Shown here: positions 13,634 through 24,274 of the stretch, one piece after another
Position numbering within the stretch: the stretch's first letter is position 1
How the letters are laid out: each line of letters begins with the position of its first letter
Notes under the pieces: model-generated
The model's database searches: none
What the model was told of the DNA's origin: nothing
Seen by the model: only the letters and a program-made list of their open reading frames with translations
Made by a program: the position numbers and the translations under genes
From: Octopus vulgaris
Lineage: Eukaryota
Reading direction: 5' to 3'
DNA length: 64,000 nt
NCBI GenBank assembly: GCA_951406725.2
Contig: OX597815.1
Location: 50,902,001 to 50,966,000 of the forward strand

Positions 13634-16600
13634 TTATATATAATCTATTTTATATATATTATATATATATATATAATCAATTTCAGATTTTCTTTTACAG
13701 AAACTATTCTGTAATATTCTCAGTGATATTCTTGGAATGATTCCATAATTATTTTCCAGCAAGGGATACTTTCTCTAAAGTAGTTGCTTTCTCTTCTCTC
13801 ACTTTTTTTTTTTAACTCAGTAGTTACCTTTCATTTTAACACATTTGGTGTTAAAGTCGTCTACTAGCAATCTGTTTAAGTATTTATTAACAATATTTCA
13901 CTTCACAGTATTTGATAACTAGAATTATTTTACTCAGAACTTCCTGTTAATTTATTCATTTTGCTACATAAAAGTTCTTTAGATAAAACCAACGCAAATC
14001 TCATGTATCAGTTGTCAAGTACATATTACAGATATATCTATAATACTTGCCAACTGATCTCCAAGGGCTTCCTCTGTTTATTTACTTATTATGTTACTCA
14101 GTGAGTCATAACTTTAAGAATACCACAATATGAAACTATCATTTCCAGATGTGGTATCATGCAAATAAATAAATGAATAAATAATACCTAAATAATATCA
14201 TCCTTCACAGTTAATCTGAACTGCTAGATTTATTTCTATTTTTAAAGCATTTCAGTTGATATCCTGTAAACATTCTAGTTACTTGTTGATTTCACCTTAT
14301 TCTGATTTACTACTTTAATTATTCCTAATAAAAGATTATTGTTTTCATAATGGTAATTACAACTAAGTACTTTAATCATATTTCTGAGAGTCAATGTAAA
14401 GGAAATGTTCCAGTTTAAATAATTTGTCAGTGCCAAAAATAATTTCTTGTTTCCTACTCTGATATTCCTGCTCTGTCACTATTAATCATAGCATTCAGCT
14501 GTACACTTTTCTTCCCATTGAACTTTCAATCAAATCTAATTTCTCCTTGCTTCTCAGAAATACTGTTTGTCTTTACTTATCCTAATCAGTCATTGATATA
14601 TTGCATCTGCTCATGGTTATTTTCAACTGTATCCTAGAAAAAAAATTATCTTTGAAATATTTCTTTCAGTTGTTAAAAGTGAAATAGCATGTCATACCTT
14701 ATTTTACTTTATTTATATATAGTCATTACAATTCTCAAATTTGTGGTCTTTTATCTTTTTAAGGCTATTTAAAAAATCATATATGCCATTTACAACAACC
14801 TGCTTATATTAACAATTACATTCTTTTAAAATTTGGTCTATAGTCATTGTATATAATATTCAGATTTTTTATATATTGTATTTCATAAAGTGTTATGCAT
14901 ACAAAATAATCTAATTGCTCAATGAGCCAACAGGAGAGTCTCTGTACAGATGCTTGATCTGCTAGAAATAGAATCAAAATCTCTCTGAACTCACACTTAC
15001 CATCTTAAGAAAGAAATGACACATTGGATAAAGTAATTCTAGACAGCTTCACCTGTCTGAATGCAAACTATAAATTAACAGCAACAAATTACTCATTTTT
15101 ATTTCAAAGTGTGAATCCTAAATCTGTTTTGCATTCATTCATCTTATATCTTTTTATAGTTTTGTGTTCCTAAATAAAAATTTTTCATGTAGATTCCTCT
15201 CACTACTAGTAGTTTAAAAAAAGAAATATATTAGTCATGAAGGAGGGGCAGTACTCATGACCTTTTGAGACCCAGAGTAAGGATTGGGAGGAGAAATGTG
15301 TACTGGAAAAAAACCCCAAATTCTGTTCCAACCAATTATAATAGAGTGATTACATTCCCAAATTCCACCATGCACTAGTAATAGAATAAAGGGTATGTCT
15401 TATTTCTACTACAATAAAATAATTTCACATTTAGTGGGGCTTTTTTTTTCATACAATAAATGTGAACAGTTCTATGACACAGATGCAGAAGAACTGTGTT
15501 AGTGGCCAGGCTGCAGAAGTGCAGCAAAACTTTTTAGCACTTCAAAAAAAAAAAAAACTTTTTATTTCATATTAATAAATAAAAGAAACATGAATATAGC
15601 AATTTTTATGTAATGTTAAAATGACCAAAACAACTTTTCAATGTTGTAATTGTTTCAAGTTACAACAGTCTCGGATCAGATGACTTGCTCAATATATATA
15701 TAATAAACTCTGAAATATATAATTCCAATTAAAAAGAAAAAAAGAAACATCATATGCTAAAAACACCAAGTCAAAATTTACATGAGCTCCTAAATTGTTT
15801 ATTGATATTGTTTGGATTGTTACTTGAATGGTAATATTTATACCCACTTAAACATGGATGTTCTGTTCGAACAAAGTAATTACTGAGATGTAATATTAAT
15901 ACCCAGGAGTAATACTGGGGGATTGCTTAAATGTTTACAACTGAAAAAGAGAAAAGAAAAAAATAGTATTATATTTTCAAGTTTGTGATAGGTTATATAA
16001 TAAATACAAGCTAAATGTAATTTATTGTATGTATCCATAACACTATAGCATATAGGTAAATACTAATAATTTGTTTGTGTGTGTGTGTGCACACACACAA
16101 CAATGTGGGGGGATGTATATTTGTGTGTTGATACAGTAATTGTTATTTCTTTTAATAGGGATTGAATATTAGAGGTTAATTCAACTATATACTAGTGATG
16201 CTCTCTCTTTCAATTGAAAGTGGCTGAATGTCAAAGTTAAAAATCAGTGAGATTTGAATATATACAGAATCACTGAAATTTCTGCTGAGAATTATGTATC
16301 CAGACTCTTTTACATCAGATGATCTAATGTACTTTTAATTGATAAGATTTCTTTTTTTATTTGCTTCATGAAAAACTATTTTTGCTTTACTTTGTTAGAA
16401 AAAGAATCAATTACTTGTTATGAAATTAACAAGTATTTAACTTTAGAAATACTTCTTTGTAAATTAAATAAATTTAATTGGTAACATTTCTTACCAAATA
16501 TCAGTGATATAAGATATGAGCAAGTTGTTTTATAATGATTTTGTAAATTTTATAACTGTCTCCTTGTTAATTTATTTTAGATGCACATGTTTATCCATTC

Positions 16601-17300
16601 ATAAAAGACTTCATGCATTTTGCATAGATAATCAAACATCTTGACCCAAATTAAATTTTAATTTGCTTTATAAGTTGAAACAAATTAAAATTACAAAGGT
16701 CTAACTTTGCATCTTCATATTGATTATTATATTGATTTTGGTCACACCTTAAAATTTACAAACAAGAAACTAATCACAGTAATCAAAACTTTGTGTCATC
16801 TGTTTGTTGAAGATAAATAGAAATCTTAATGTTTGATTTCAAACACTTCAATGCAAGTGTACTGTGAAGACATTCTTTAATAGACCAGTGGTTACCCTGT
16901 GTTGTGTATATTAATGAATTCATTAATTGTAGCCAAAATTTTCTTTTAATGTCTTTTAGTTTTTTATTCCCCCACCCCCACCCCCCGTAACATTCTTTTA
17001 CCTTTTGATTTTTTTTTCCTCTATATCTCAAATAGTCACATATGAATTGTGAAATTGTTCAGACTTATGCAGATATGTCTAAAGTGTATGTGATTTTTTT
17101 TTTTACACATAACCTCTCCACTTTTCTCTTCATTACCATTTTTGATTGGGATATAATGCTTATAATTAACCTGAATAAATCTGGACTCTTAGGGCTTGGC
17201 TGTAAATGATTCCCAGCTGTCCAAACTGGTCCAGAAATGACCACCTTATGACTTGCTAGTTAATTGCGTGTTGGGGGAAAATTATTCAGGTATCATGTCA

Positions 17301-17352
17301 CTGCTGCTGCTGCTACTACTATTACTACTGCTACTACTACTACTGTTGCTGC
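17301..17352. repeat. (CTG/CTA)n trinucleotide repeat
   Basis: ctgctgctgctgctactactattactactgctactactactactgttgctg. Confidence 0.9.
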
Positions 17353-18394
17353 AGTCTGAGGTAAGTTCAGTGGACATGCCACCAAGAACAATACTACAGC
17401 CTTACACATCCATACATTTGGTTGGAGATGGGGCAGTTTGTTTCCATTCAGCACATCTCCTTTCGGCTTTTGTCCAACCCAATGATAGCGAGATAATCAA
17501 TAAGATGATGTGCTCTGCTCATGCAGTAGGAGTAATTTGGAGTCTTTTTTCATAATTGTATATAGCTAAAAGATGTTTGTATTGATCACTTGTGGAAGTG
17601 GCTGTACAGAATGCACTGACTTAAATACAGTGCCAACATACCACTACAATAATCCATAGGCTGACCCACACACACACACAGATACCGTTACCACCCCACC
17701 CAACTAATCTTACACCCTCCTCTCTTCATTGAATTGTAGGATTTTTAACTAAGTGGCTTGGCACTGTCGAGAAATTACAAAGAGGAAATTTTCATGCAAG
17801 CCAATTACTGGTCCCATGGACTCAGATTTTGGGAAACATCAAAAACAAAGTAGTGGTGTGTGTGTGTGTGTGTAAGCTTGCAGTCATATGCACACTTTCT
17901 AAAAGTTGGGGCAGGTAGTATATTATTAAATGAGTAGAAGTAGTAGTTGTAGTAGTTTGTCTCTTGCACTTTTCCTATGTATCTTTTCATTTACTTACCT
18001 TACTTTTTACCTTAAGAAAGCTAAATATAATTAGCTACAGCTATTTTAACTATCTATTTTCCTGAAGCTCACGGTTATATAGATAGATAGATAATATTTA
18101 TATATTACATTTATATATATATATATAGCTTTGATGAGACAAATATTCCCTTATTCTTTTTCTTTTTCCCTGACGACACTCCCCCCTCCCCCCACCTGTC
18201 TCTCTTCCAATGACTCTTTCTGGTTCCTCTCCTCCATCATTTATATTTCTTGTTCATGTTCCCTTCTAGCACACCTGCGCAAACTCACTCTTGTAATGCG
18301 GGATAGTCCTGGACCCTCCCTTCTCAATCTGACTTCACCTTGAATCATCAATTCCTCTCTTCTTTTCTCCATCAGTTATGGAAGCTCTCATTAA

Positions 18395-18580
18395 GCCATG
18401 TAGTTCTGTTTGCAAGTTGAAAGACAACTTCACTAGTGCTGTTGCCATGAAAAAGCACCCAGTATTTTCTTTGTAAAGTGGTTGTCATTAGGAAGGGCAT
18501 CCTTCAGCAGAAACCATGCCAAAACAGACAGTGCAATGTAACATGCTCTTACTGAATCCTGTTGAACCATCCAACCCATA
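18395..18580 (+). mobile_element. SINE family B fragment
   Basis: aaaagcacccagt...cattaggaagggcatcc...ccatccaacccat. Confidence 0.7.
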
Positions 18581-20070
18581 CATATATATAATAAATATAT
18601 TTATTAGTGTGTGTGTGTGTGTGTGTGTCAGTGAGTGTGTGTCAAAAGAGAGAGAGAGATAGAGATACTGAATGAAGAAATATGAAACAGTAAGAAGATA
18701 AAATCTACTTTTCCTTGTTTGTATAAGCACAAATACAGTGTTTGTGTGTTGTTAATATGGACAAATGGATATATATATATATATACACACACACATACAT
18801 ACATACAAATGTGGGGGAAAGTGATAGAGACACATGTAAACCCATATGTGTATAAATAAGCAAGCACACATGTGCATATGCACATGTACACTTACATGCA
18901 CACACCTTCATTGCAATTTGCTTTTTATTTTCTCAATAATGGATGAGAATAACCATCCCCACACCTGACAAGAGTCAATCAAATATCATTATAGCATTTT
19001 TTAAAGATGAATTTATACTTAGTGCATAGTGATCATCTGAGAAAGAAGACTTATTACTGAGACAAATTTATAGTAGCCTTGTAGATGAAGTATGTTATCC
19101 TCATTCAGCCGGAAGTGATGATAGCTTTTATCATTAGTTACAGGCAATTTCAATTTTCGTTATTACTGAATACTCTGACTATCAATATTCTCTATAATAT
19201 GCATCATAAATTGACTGTAAGGCTTGTGTACTCACCATCTAGAAACAACATTTTTGTAATAAAGAAAATACAATACTATTTATTTATCTTCTAATTTAGT
19301 GTGCTTTTTAGATTAGCTGGTTTATGCATTTGTTTGTTCAAACTGGTAAAGCATTGCATTGCAGGAATCTCAGCAAACAAGTTAGATTCTTTCTGCTCTA
19401 GAGACAGAAACTTTTAAGCTATTTATAACATTAAAAATACTTATGCAGAGCCATCTGAGAAAATGAAACAAAATTCCAGTTCAACCATGACTTAGATGTT
19501 CTTTTGTCCAGTGTCTATAATGAAATATTGAAATTCTAAAAATATATCTTTGAAAAATATACTTTTCCAAGCTTAGTTCAATGCACCTTGCATTGTTCTG
19601 ATATACTGCACCTGATTTCAAGAATATGTCATTTTTATGTCCACCACTTTCCATGCTTGCATTGGTTGAACAGATTGTCGTGGTCTTAGTTCTTATCCAG
19701 AAAGGTTTGAGTTGCTACCTTCCTAGATTGTTCAAACGGTATTGTCATGATCATATGTTTCCTTTTTTATTTGAAGTCTACATTTGGGTTGACCACTTTG
19801 CAGATTACACTGAGTGCCTTCTATCCAGCTATAGAGGTCATGCCAAAGTAGACATTAGAGCACAATGCAGTTTTTAAACCTGTTGGATCCTGTTATTTAT
19901 ATATATATATATATATATCTATATTTATATTTGTATGAAAATATATATATATTGTTGTATTTAGGAATGGTCATTTTGCCAGTTTAGCCAATAAAAACAC
20001 ACGCACTATATATTTGGTGTTACTTTGCTTCAGCGTTATATATTTTTTAGATTAATCTTAATCTTATTTT

Positions 20071-20115
20071 GGCCAGAGTTCTTTCGTCACACTCCTATGA
20101 CCTCATCAGTGGTCC
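20071..20115 (-). ncRNA. Minimal type I hammerhead ribozyme-like motif (inverted copy)
   Basis: Minus strand reads GGACCA-CUGAUGA-G-GUCAUA-GGAG-UGUGAC-GAAA-GAAC-UC-UGGCC. The stem II change gives a U-G wobble; the other change is in loop II. Confidence 0.62.
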
Positions 20116-20208
20116 TTTGCTTTCTTCTTTCCTATTTGTGTGTCTCTCCTTACAAAATCGATGACCGTTAGTAAGGAGAAACACACGAATAAGAAAGAAG
20201 AAAGCAAA

Positions 20209-20253
20209 GGACCACTGATGAGGTCACAAGAGTGTGACGAAAGAACTCTGGCC
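20209..20253 (+). ncRNA. Minimal type I hammerhead ribozyme-like motif
   Basis: GGACCA-CUGAUGA-G-GUCACA-AGAG-UGUGAC-GAAA-GAAC-UC-UGGCC: both core boxes, a 6-bp stem II and stem I CCA/UGG; stem III is minimal. Confidence 0.65.
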
Positions 20254-21394
20254 GAAATAAGATTAAGATTAACGTAAAAAATAGATAACGCTGAAGCAAA
20301 GTAACACCAAATGTATAGTGCGTGTATTTTTATTGGCTAAACTGGCAAAATGACCATTCTTAAATACAACAATATCTGTTTCAACACACGATTTCACATA
20401 AAAAATCTTGCAAATCAAATATATAAACGTAATTATGTCGAGCTTAACAGCCCTACCCTGGTGTAGTCTTTTAAGATATGTTTTAAGCTATCATAAGCTC
20501 ACCCAAGTAGAGAATTGTTCACAAGATGTAAACAGCTACTGTTTCTGTAATTAATATCATGGTCATGTTATTGTGGGTTTTAAAATGGTAATAATAAATA
20601 ATAATAATTATCATCATTATTATTATCATCATCATCCTTAGCAATAATTTCTATACCACTCTGAATTTATTGAATTTGTTTATTTCCTTCCAAACTTTCC
20701 TGTAACTCCAGTAAGATCTTACAGGGCAACATCAAAACCCCTTTCTTTTGTATGGAGAAACATTGTTTCAGACAATTCGTGAATTACAGAACTAACACTT
20801 TTCTTTGTTTTTTTTTCTGTTCTTTCTTTTTGTTTCCTATCCATTGGTCGAAGGAAGATTTTTTTTCATTGATATTTATCTATACTAAGCCTCTCAAGTA
20901 CAATGATATGCTTTACTTAACTACACTGAAATGTCTGAAGTGCAGCCTAGAGGTGTTGATAGTCATTGTGTAGTTAAGCAATATAATTGGAAATGTTACA
21001 TGTGACAGTTTGGTGTCCTATCCAGAGGAAGAGTTATTTCTCCTCTGTTTAATATCATAAAATTTGTGCTAGACACTTGCCTGTAACAGTTTCTCAGCAC
21101 TTCAGAGATGTTTGCCTATTTTTAGTGCTGTGTATCAGACTTTCTTATCTGATTAAATATGAATCTTTACTTAATTATTACATTTTCATTCTCACAAGAA
21201 AATTATTGGCAAACATCTCATACTTTCCTACTCCCAAGCCATTCTTTTACAGAAAGCAATATTTTTATTACTTGTGCAGTTGTTATTCTTTTTATTAATA
21301 ATATGTAACTTATGACATTAATAGTAATAAAAGAGAATTTATTTATATAATACTTATAACAATAACTAATTTTTCAAAAATGTACCACTATCAC

Positions 21395-21424
21395 TTAACT
21401 CTTCTTATTTCATTTTATTTTCAG
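21395..21424 (+). promoter_or_regulatory. 3' splice acceptor (branch-point-like ttaac, polypyrimidine tract, cag)
   Basis: ttaactcttcttatttcattttattttcag immediately before the conserved DASG codons. Confidence 0.88.
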
Positions 21425-24274
21425 GATGCATCTGGCCGAGTTTTAGATAAATGGACCATTGCCACTCGGGAAGAGGAACATATAATATTACAACAGTTTC
21501 TACGATTTGGAGAAACAAAATCTATTGCTCAGGAAATCATTCTTCAGGATACTAAAGAGAAACAAGAGCTTTATGTCAAGCAAACTTCTCGGGCTGAGTC
21601 TGAAATCAAGAAATTCATTGAGAGGAGTAACCTAAGTATGCAAAGCTACATGCGTCCCTACGAATCACGGCATCTGTTCTCAAATCGCATGCCATTCGTA
21701 TCCCACAGTAGTAACCGCCTTGTAGCACCGACTGCAATACAGTATACTGCCACTACACCCCCAAGGGATTTACGCCCCACAAGTATGCCTCCCACTCCTG
21801 TACCTACATCGAGTCCTGTTACCTCGTCCCCATTAGGCCGTCTGCAAACCATGTTGCCCATTGATTTTCGAAGGGAACGCTTAAGTCCTGCTGTTAGCCC
21901 AGGACTATCAGAAAAACGTGCCTCTGTGCCACAGCTATCACAACCACCTCTGCCACCACCACCACCACCACTACCTTCCCACGGTGATGAAAGTCCCAAA
22001 AATCTGAGTACTACCCCAACACCAACACCAACATCCACAAGTCCTCCCCAGTTCCAGTCAATGAAACCGCCAGATATAATTGAAAATTCTAAACATGCGC
22101 CATGCATAAATATGCCAAATATTAGCCCAGTCATTATCTCCCAAGAAGATTCACCAATGGATGCAATAAATTATTCTACCAAAGACTGTGAAGAATCAGC
22201 ACTGTCTGTGTATGCGGATCGCAAAGTAAAACACCTCCGAAAGTCGGCTAATCCAATCAAACGTCAATGGACTCCTTCGGCATCATTTGGAAGTACACTG
22301 ATTGCACCCAACGGCAAAAAGCGTGTTCTTTGCACAGCTTGCAATAAAACTTTCTGTGATAAAGGTGCTCTTAAAATTCATTACAGTGCAGTACATCTGA
22401 AAGAGATGCACAAATGTACAGTTGAAGGCTGCAGTATGATGTTCAGTTCTCGTCGCAGTCGTAATCGCCACAGTGCCAACCCTAACCCTAAGCTCCACAT
22501 GCCTCAAAAACGCAAACTCCCAGAAGGAGCTACTTTAATAGCTGAGTCCAAACCCCCTTCGAGGCTCATTAATTCTCCTCCTACCATGGTCGTTACTTCA
22601 TCTTATCTCTCTAGAGCAGTGATTCCCTCACTCGATTCAAATGTCCTCAACAGGAGTGATCAGTCATGCTTTGTAGATGTGGGAAACAACCTTTCATATA
22701 TGTCTTCTGGGAAAAAAATTAAAATGGAAAATAACGATGGAAGTAATGAAGCCATTGATATGACTGATGATGTGAAGTCGCTGGACGATACATTGAAACC
22801 AGATGTAAGCAGCACACAGCGTGGCTTCAACAGAAGGAAAAGCTTGATTCCTACCCGTTGTGCCCAGATGGAAGAAAATTACAGCATGAGTGATGAAAAT
22901 TCAATCTCAGATGAGAAAGATGCAACTAAACATAACAAGAAATGCTTAAATGATGCTGAGAAGGTAAAATCTACATCTAATTCAGCTGCAGATGATGAAC
23001 TGGATGACAAAATTGCAATAAAAAAGGAAATAGCTGATGTTCGGGAGATTCCTGAAAAATCTATGTCTGGCAAGGTTTATGACTCAGTCATTCTCTCCAG
23101 TCACAGCAGTGTCATTTGTGATACAAACTGTAATCCAAAACAAGAACCTAGGAAAGAAGCTTGCCACTTTCCTAGAATTGCTTCCCTCTTAGCAAATAAT
23201 AACACCAATAACAACAGCAACAACTCTTCAGATCCAGTTGACCTCTCTCAAGATAACTGCGAACGTAGCCCTTCTAATTTGTCATCTCTAAACATGAGTC
23301 CTGGTTCAGATCATGATTCAAATGCCTCCCAAGCTTCCACTGACATTGAAGGCCACTTGGCCATTAGAGCCAATGGTAGTCATTCTCCAGATTCTAACTC
23401 CAACAGTACAGATATTCCACTAGATAAAGATAATCCTCGGAAGTGTAATTTCTGTGGGAAAATTCTCCAAAATCATTTTGACCTCAAAATTCATTATCAA
23501 AGTGTCCATTATAAACTCATGCACAAGTGCACTATTGATGGTTGCAATGCTGTATTCCCTTCAAAACGCAGCCGAGATCGACACAGCACCAACCTGAACC
23601 TACACCACAAACTGTTGTCCACATCTGATACGGACCAGTTCCCAGATGATGAGGAAATTGAAGATGTGGATGAATTGGATGAAGATGACATTGATGATGT
23701 TGATGATGAGGATGAGGACAACAGTGAAGGAATGAGAGGTGGAAACAAAGAAAATAACCAAGTGAAAGATCATATCAACCAAAAATATGACTCCCGCATC
23801 TACAATGAAAACAGTAATCATGGTATTGGTGATGAGGATAGTAACCCAAACACAGTTATTTGTAATAAACGTAAAACTATTTCCTCAGTGGGAAGTCACT
23901 CTAATGATAGTTTCATTGGAAATAACAGCAGAGACAGAGCTGAGGAGAACACCTTTTCTGCCCGTAATGGGGGTGATGAAAGTGGGGCCGAAGAAGAAGA
24001 TGACGACGATGACGATGGGGGCGATCACCTGCAAGACGAGGACATCGATGATGAACTGAACAGTGCAGTCAGTTGTCACGTATGCCAACAAAAATTCCGT
24101 GACAACCTTGCTCTCAAAGAACATTTTGAAACCCTTCATCCAAAAGAGATGTACTACTGTACAGTCTCAGGATGTGACAAGATTTTCTCGACCCGCAAGA
24201 GCCGAAATAGGCACACACAGAACCATAACCTACATCGTCATTTGTCGTCCATGAAAACCAATGGCTTATCCTGA
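21425..24274 (+). CDS. BNC2: Basonuclin-2 / disconnected-like zinc-finger transcription factor, large terminal coding exon (5' exons outside window or not found)
   Basis: The 964-aa ORF has a polypyrimidine tract and cag acceptor (tttcattttattttcag, AG at 21423-21424), phase 0. The exon opens with DASGRVLDKWTIATREEEHIILQQFLRFGETKSIA, the conserved basonuclin N-terminal block. Three disco-type C2H2 pairs and an RRKS NLS-like motif follow. Stop TGA at 24272-24274. The first 15 aa of the ORF track are intronic. Confidence 0.93.
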   Translation, partial: DASGRVLDKWTIATREEEHIILQQFLRFGETKSIAQEIILQDTKEKQELYVKQTSRAESEIKKFIERSNLSMQSYMRPYESRHLFSNRMPFVSHSSNRLVAPTAIQYTATTPPRDLRPTSMPPTPVPTSSPVTSSPLGRLQTMLPIDFRRERLSPAVSPGLSEKRASVPQLSQPPLPPPPPPLPSHGDESPKNLSTTPTPTPTSTSPPQFQSMKPPDIIENSKHAPCINMPNISPVIISQEDSPMDAINYSTKDCEESALSVYADRKVKHLRKSANPIKRQWTPSASFGSTLIAPNGKKRVLCTACNKTFCDKGALKIHYSAVHLKEMHKCTVEGCSMMFSSRRSRNRHSANPNPKLHMPQKRKLPEGATLIAESKPPSRLINSPPTMVVTSSYLSRAVIPSLDSNVLNRSDQSCFVDVGNNLSYMSSGKKIKMENNDGSNEAIDMTDDVKSLDDTLKPDVSSTQRGFNRRKSLIPTRCAQMEENYSMSDENSISDEKDATKHNKKCLNDAEKVKSTSNSAADDELDDKIAIKKEIADVREIPEKSMSGKVYDSVILSSHSSVICDTNCNPKQEPRKEACHFPRIASLLANNNTNNNSNNSSDPVDLSQDNCERSPSNLSSLNMSPGSDHDSNASQASTDIEGHLAIRANGSHSPDSNSNSTDIPLDKDNPRKCNFCGKILQNHFDLKIHYQSVHYKLMHKCTIDGCNAVFPSKRSRDRHSTNLNLHHKLLSTSDTDQFPDDEEIEDVDELDEDDIDDVDDEDEDNSEGMRGGNKENNQVKDHINQKYDSRIYNENSNHGIGDEDSNPNTVICNKRKTISSVGSHSNDSFIGNNSRDRAEENTFSARNGGDESGAEEEDDDDDDGGDHLQDEDIDDELNSAVSCHVCQQKFRDNLALKEHFETLHPKEMYYCTVSGCDKIFSTRKSRNRHTQNHNLHRHLSSMKTNGLS
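22331..22498 (+). other. C2H2 zinc-finger pair 1 (disco/basonuclin signature)
   Basis: CTACNKTFCDKGALKIHYSAVHLKEMHKCTVEGCSMMFSSRRSRNRHSANPNPKLH. Confidence 0.95.
23444..23605 (+). other. C2H2 zinc-finger pair 2
   Basis: CNFCGKILQNHFDLKIHYQSVHYKLMHKCTIDGCNAVFPSKRSRDRHSTNLNLH. Confidence 0.93.
24074..24235 (+). other. C2H2 zinc-finger pair 3
   Basis: CHVCQQKFRDNLALKEHFETLHPKEMYYCTVSGCDKIFSTRKSRNRHTQNHNLH. Confidence 0.93.

Larger units (their letters stand above)
19949..20375. mobile_element. Long inverted repeat (~205-bp arms, 17-nt spacer), probable Penelope-like element inverted pLTR remnant
   Basis: Left arm 19949-20153 is the reverse complement of right arm 20171-20375 with scattered mismatches. 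(TA)n tract on the left flank. Hammerhead-like motif in each arm. Confidence 0.8.

Noticed and set aside
17253-17555. 100-aa ORF with poly-Leu resembling a signal peptide
   Set aside because: The poly-Leu comes from a CTG/CTA microsatellite, the start codon is TTG, and no family resemblance is visible.
1-21379. Upstream basonuclin exons (expected ...GWT..DY.RGYILQ)
   Set aside because: Not found by eye or in the ORF track. They are probably beyond the window, though a small exon could have been missed.
21380-21424. ATG start of the 964-aa ORF (MYHYHLTLLISFYFQ)
   Set aside because: It reads through a polypyrimidine tract and acceptor, and homology begins at DASG, so it is intronic.
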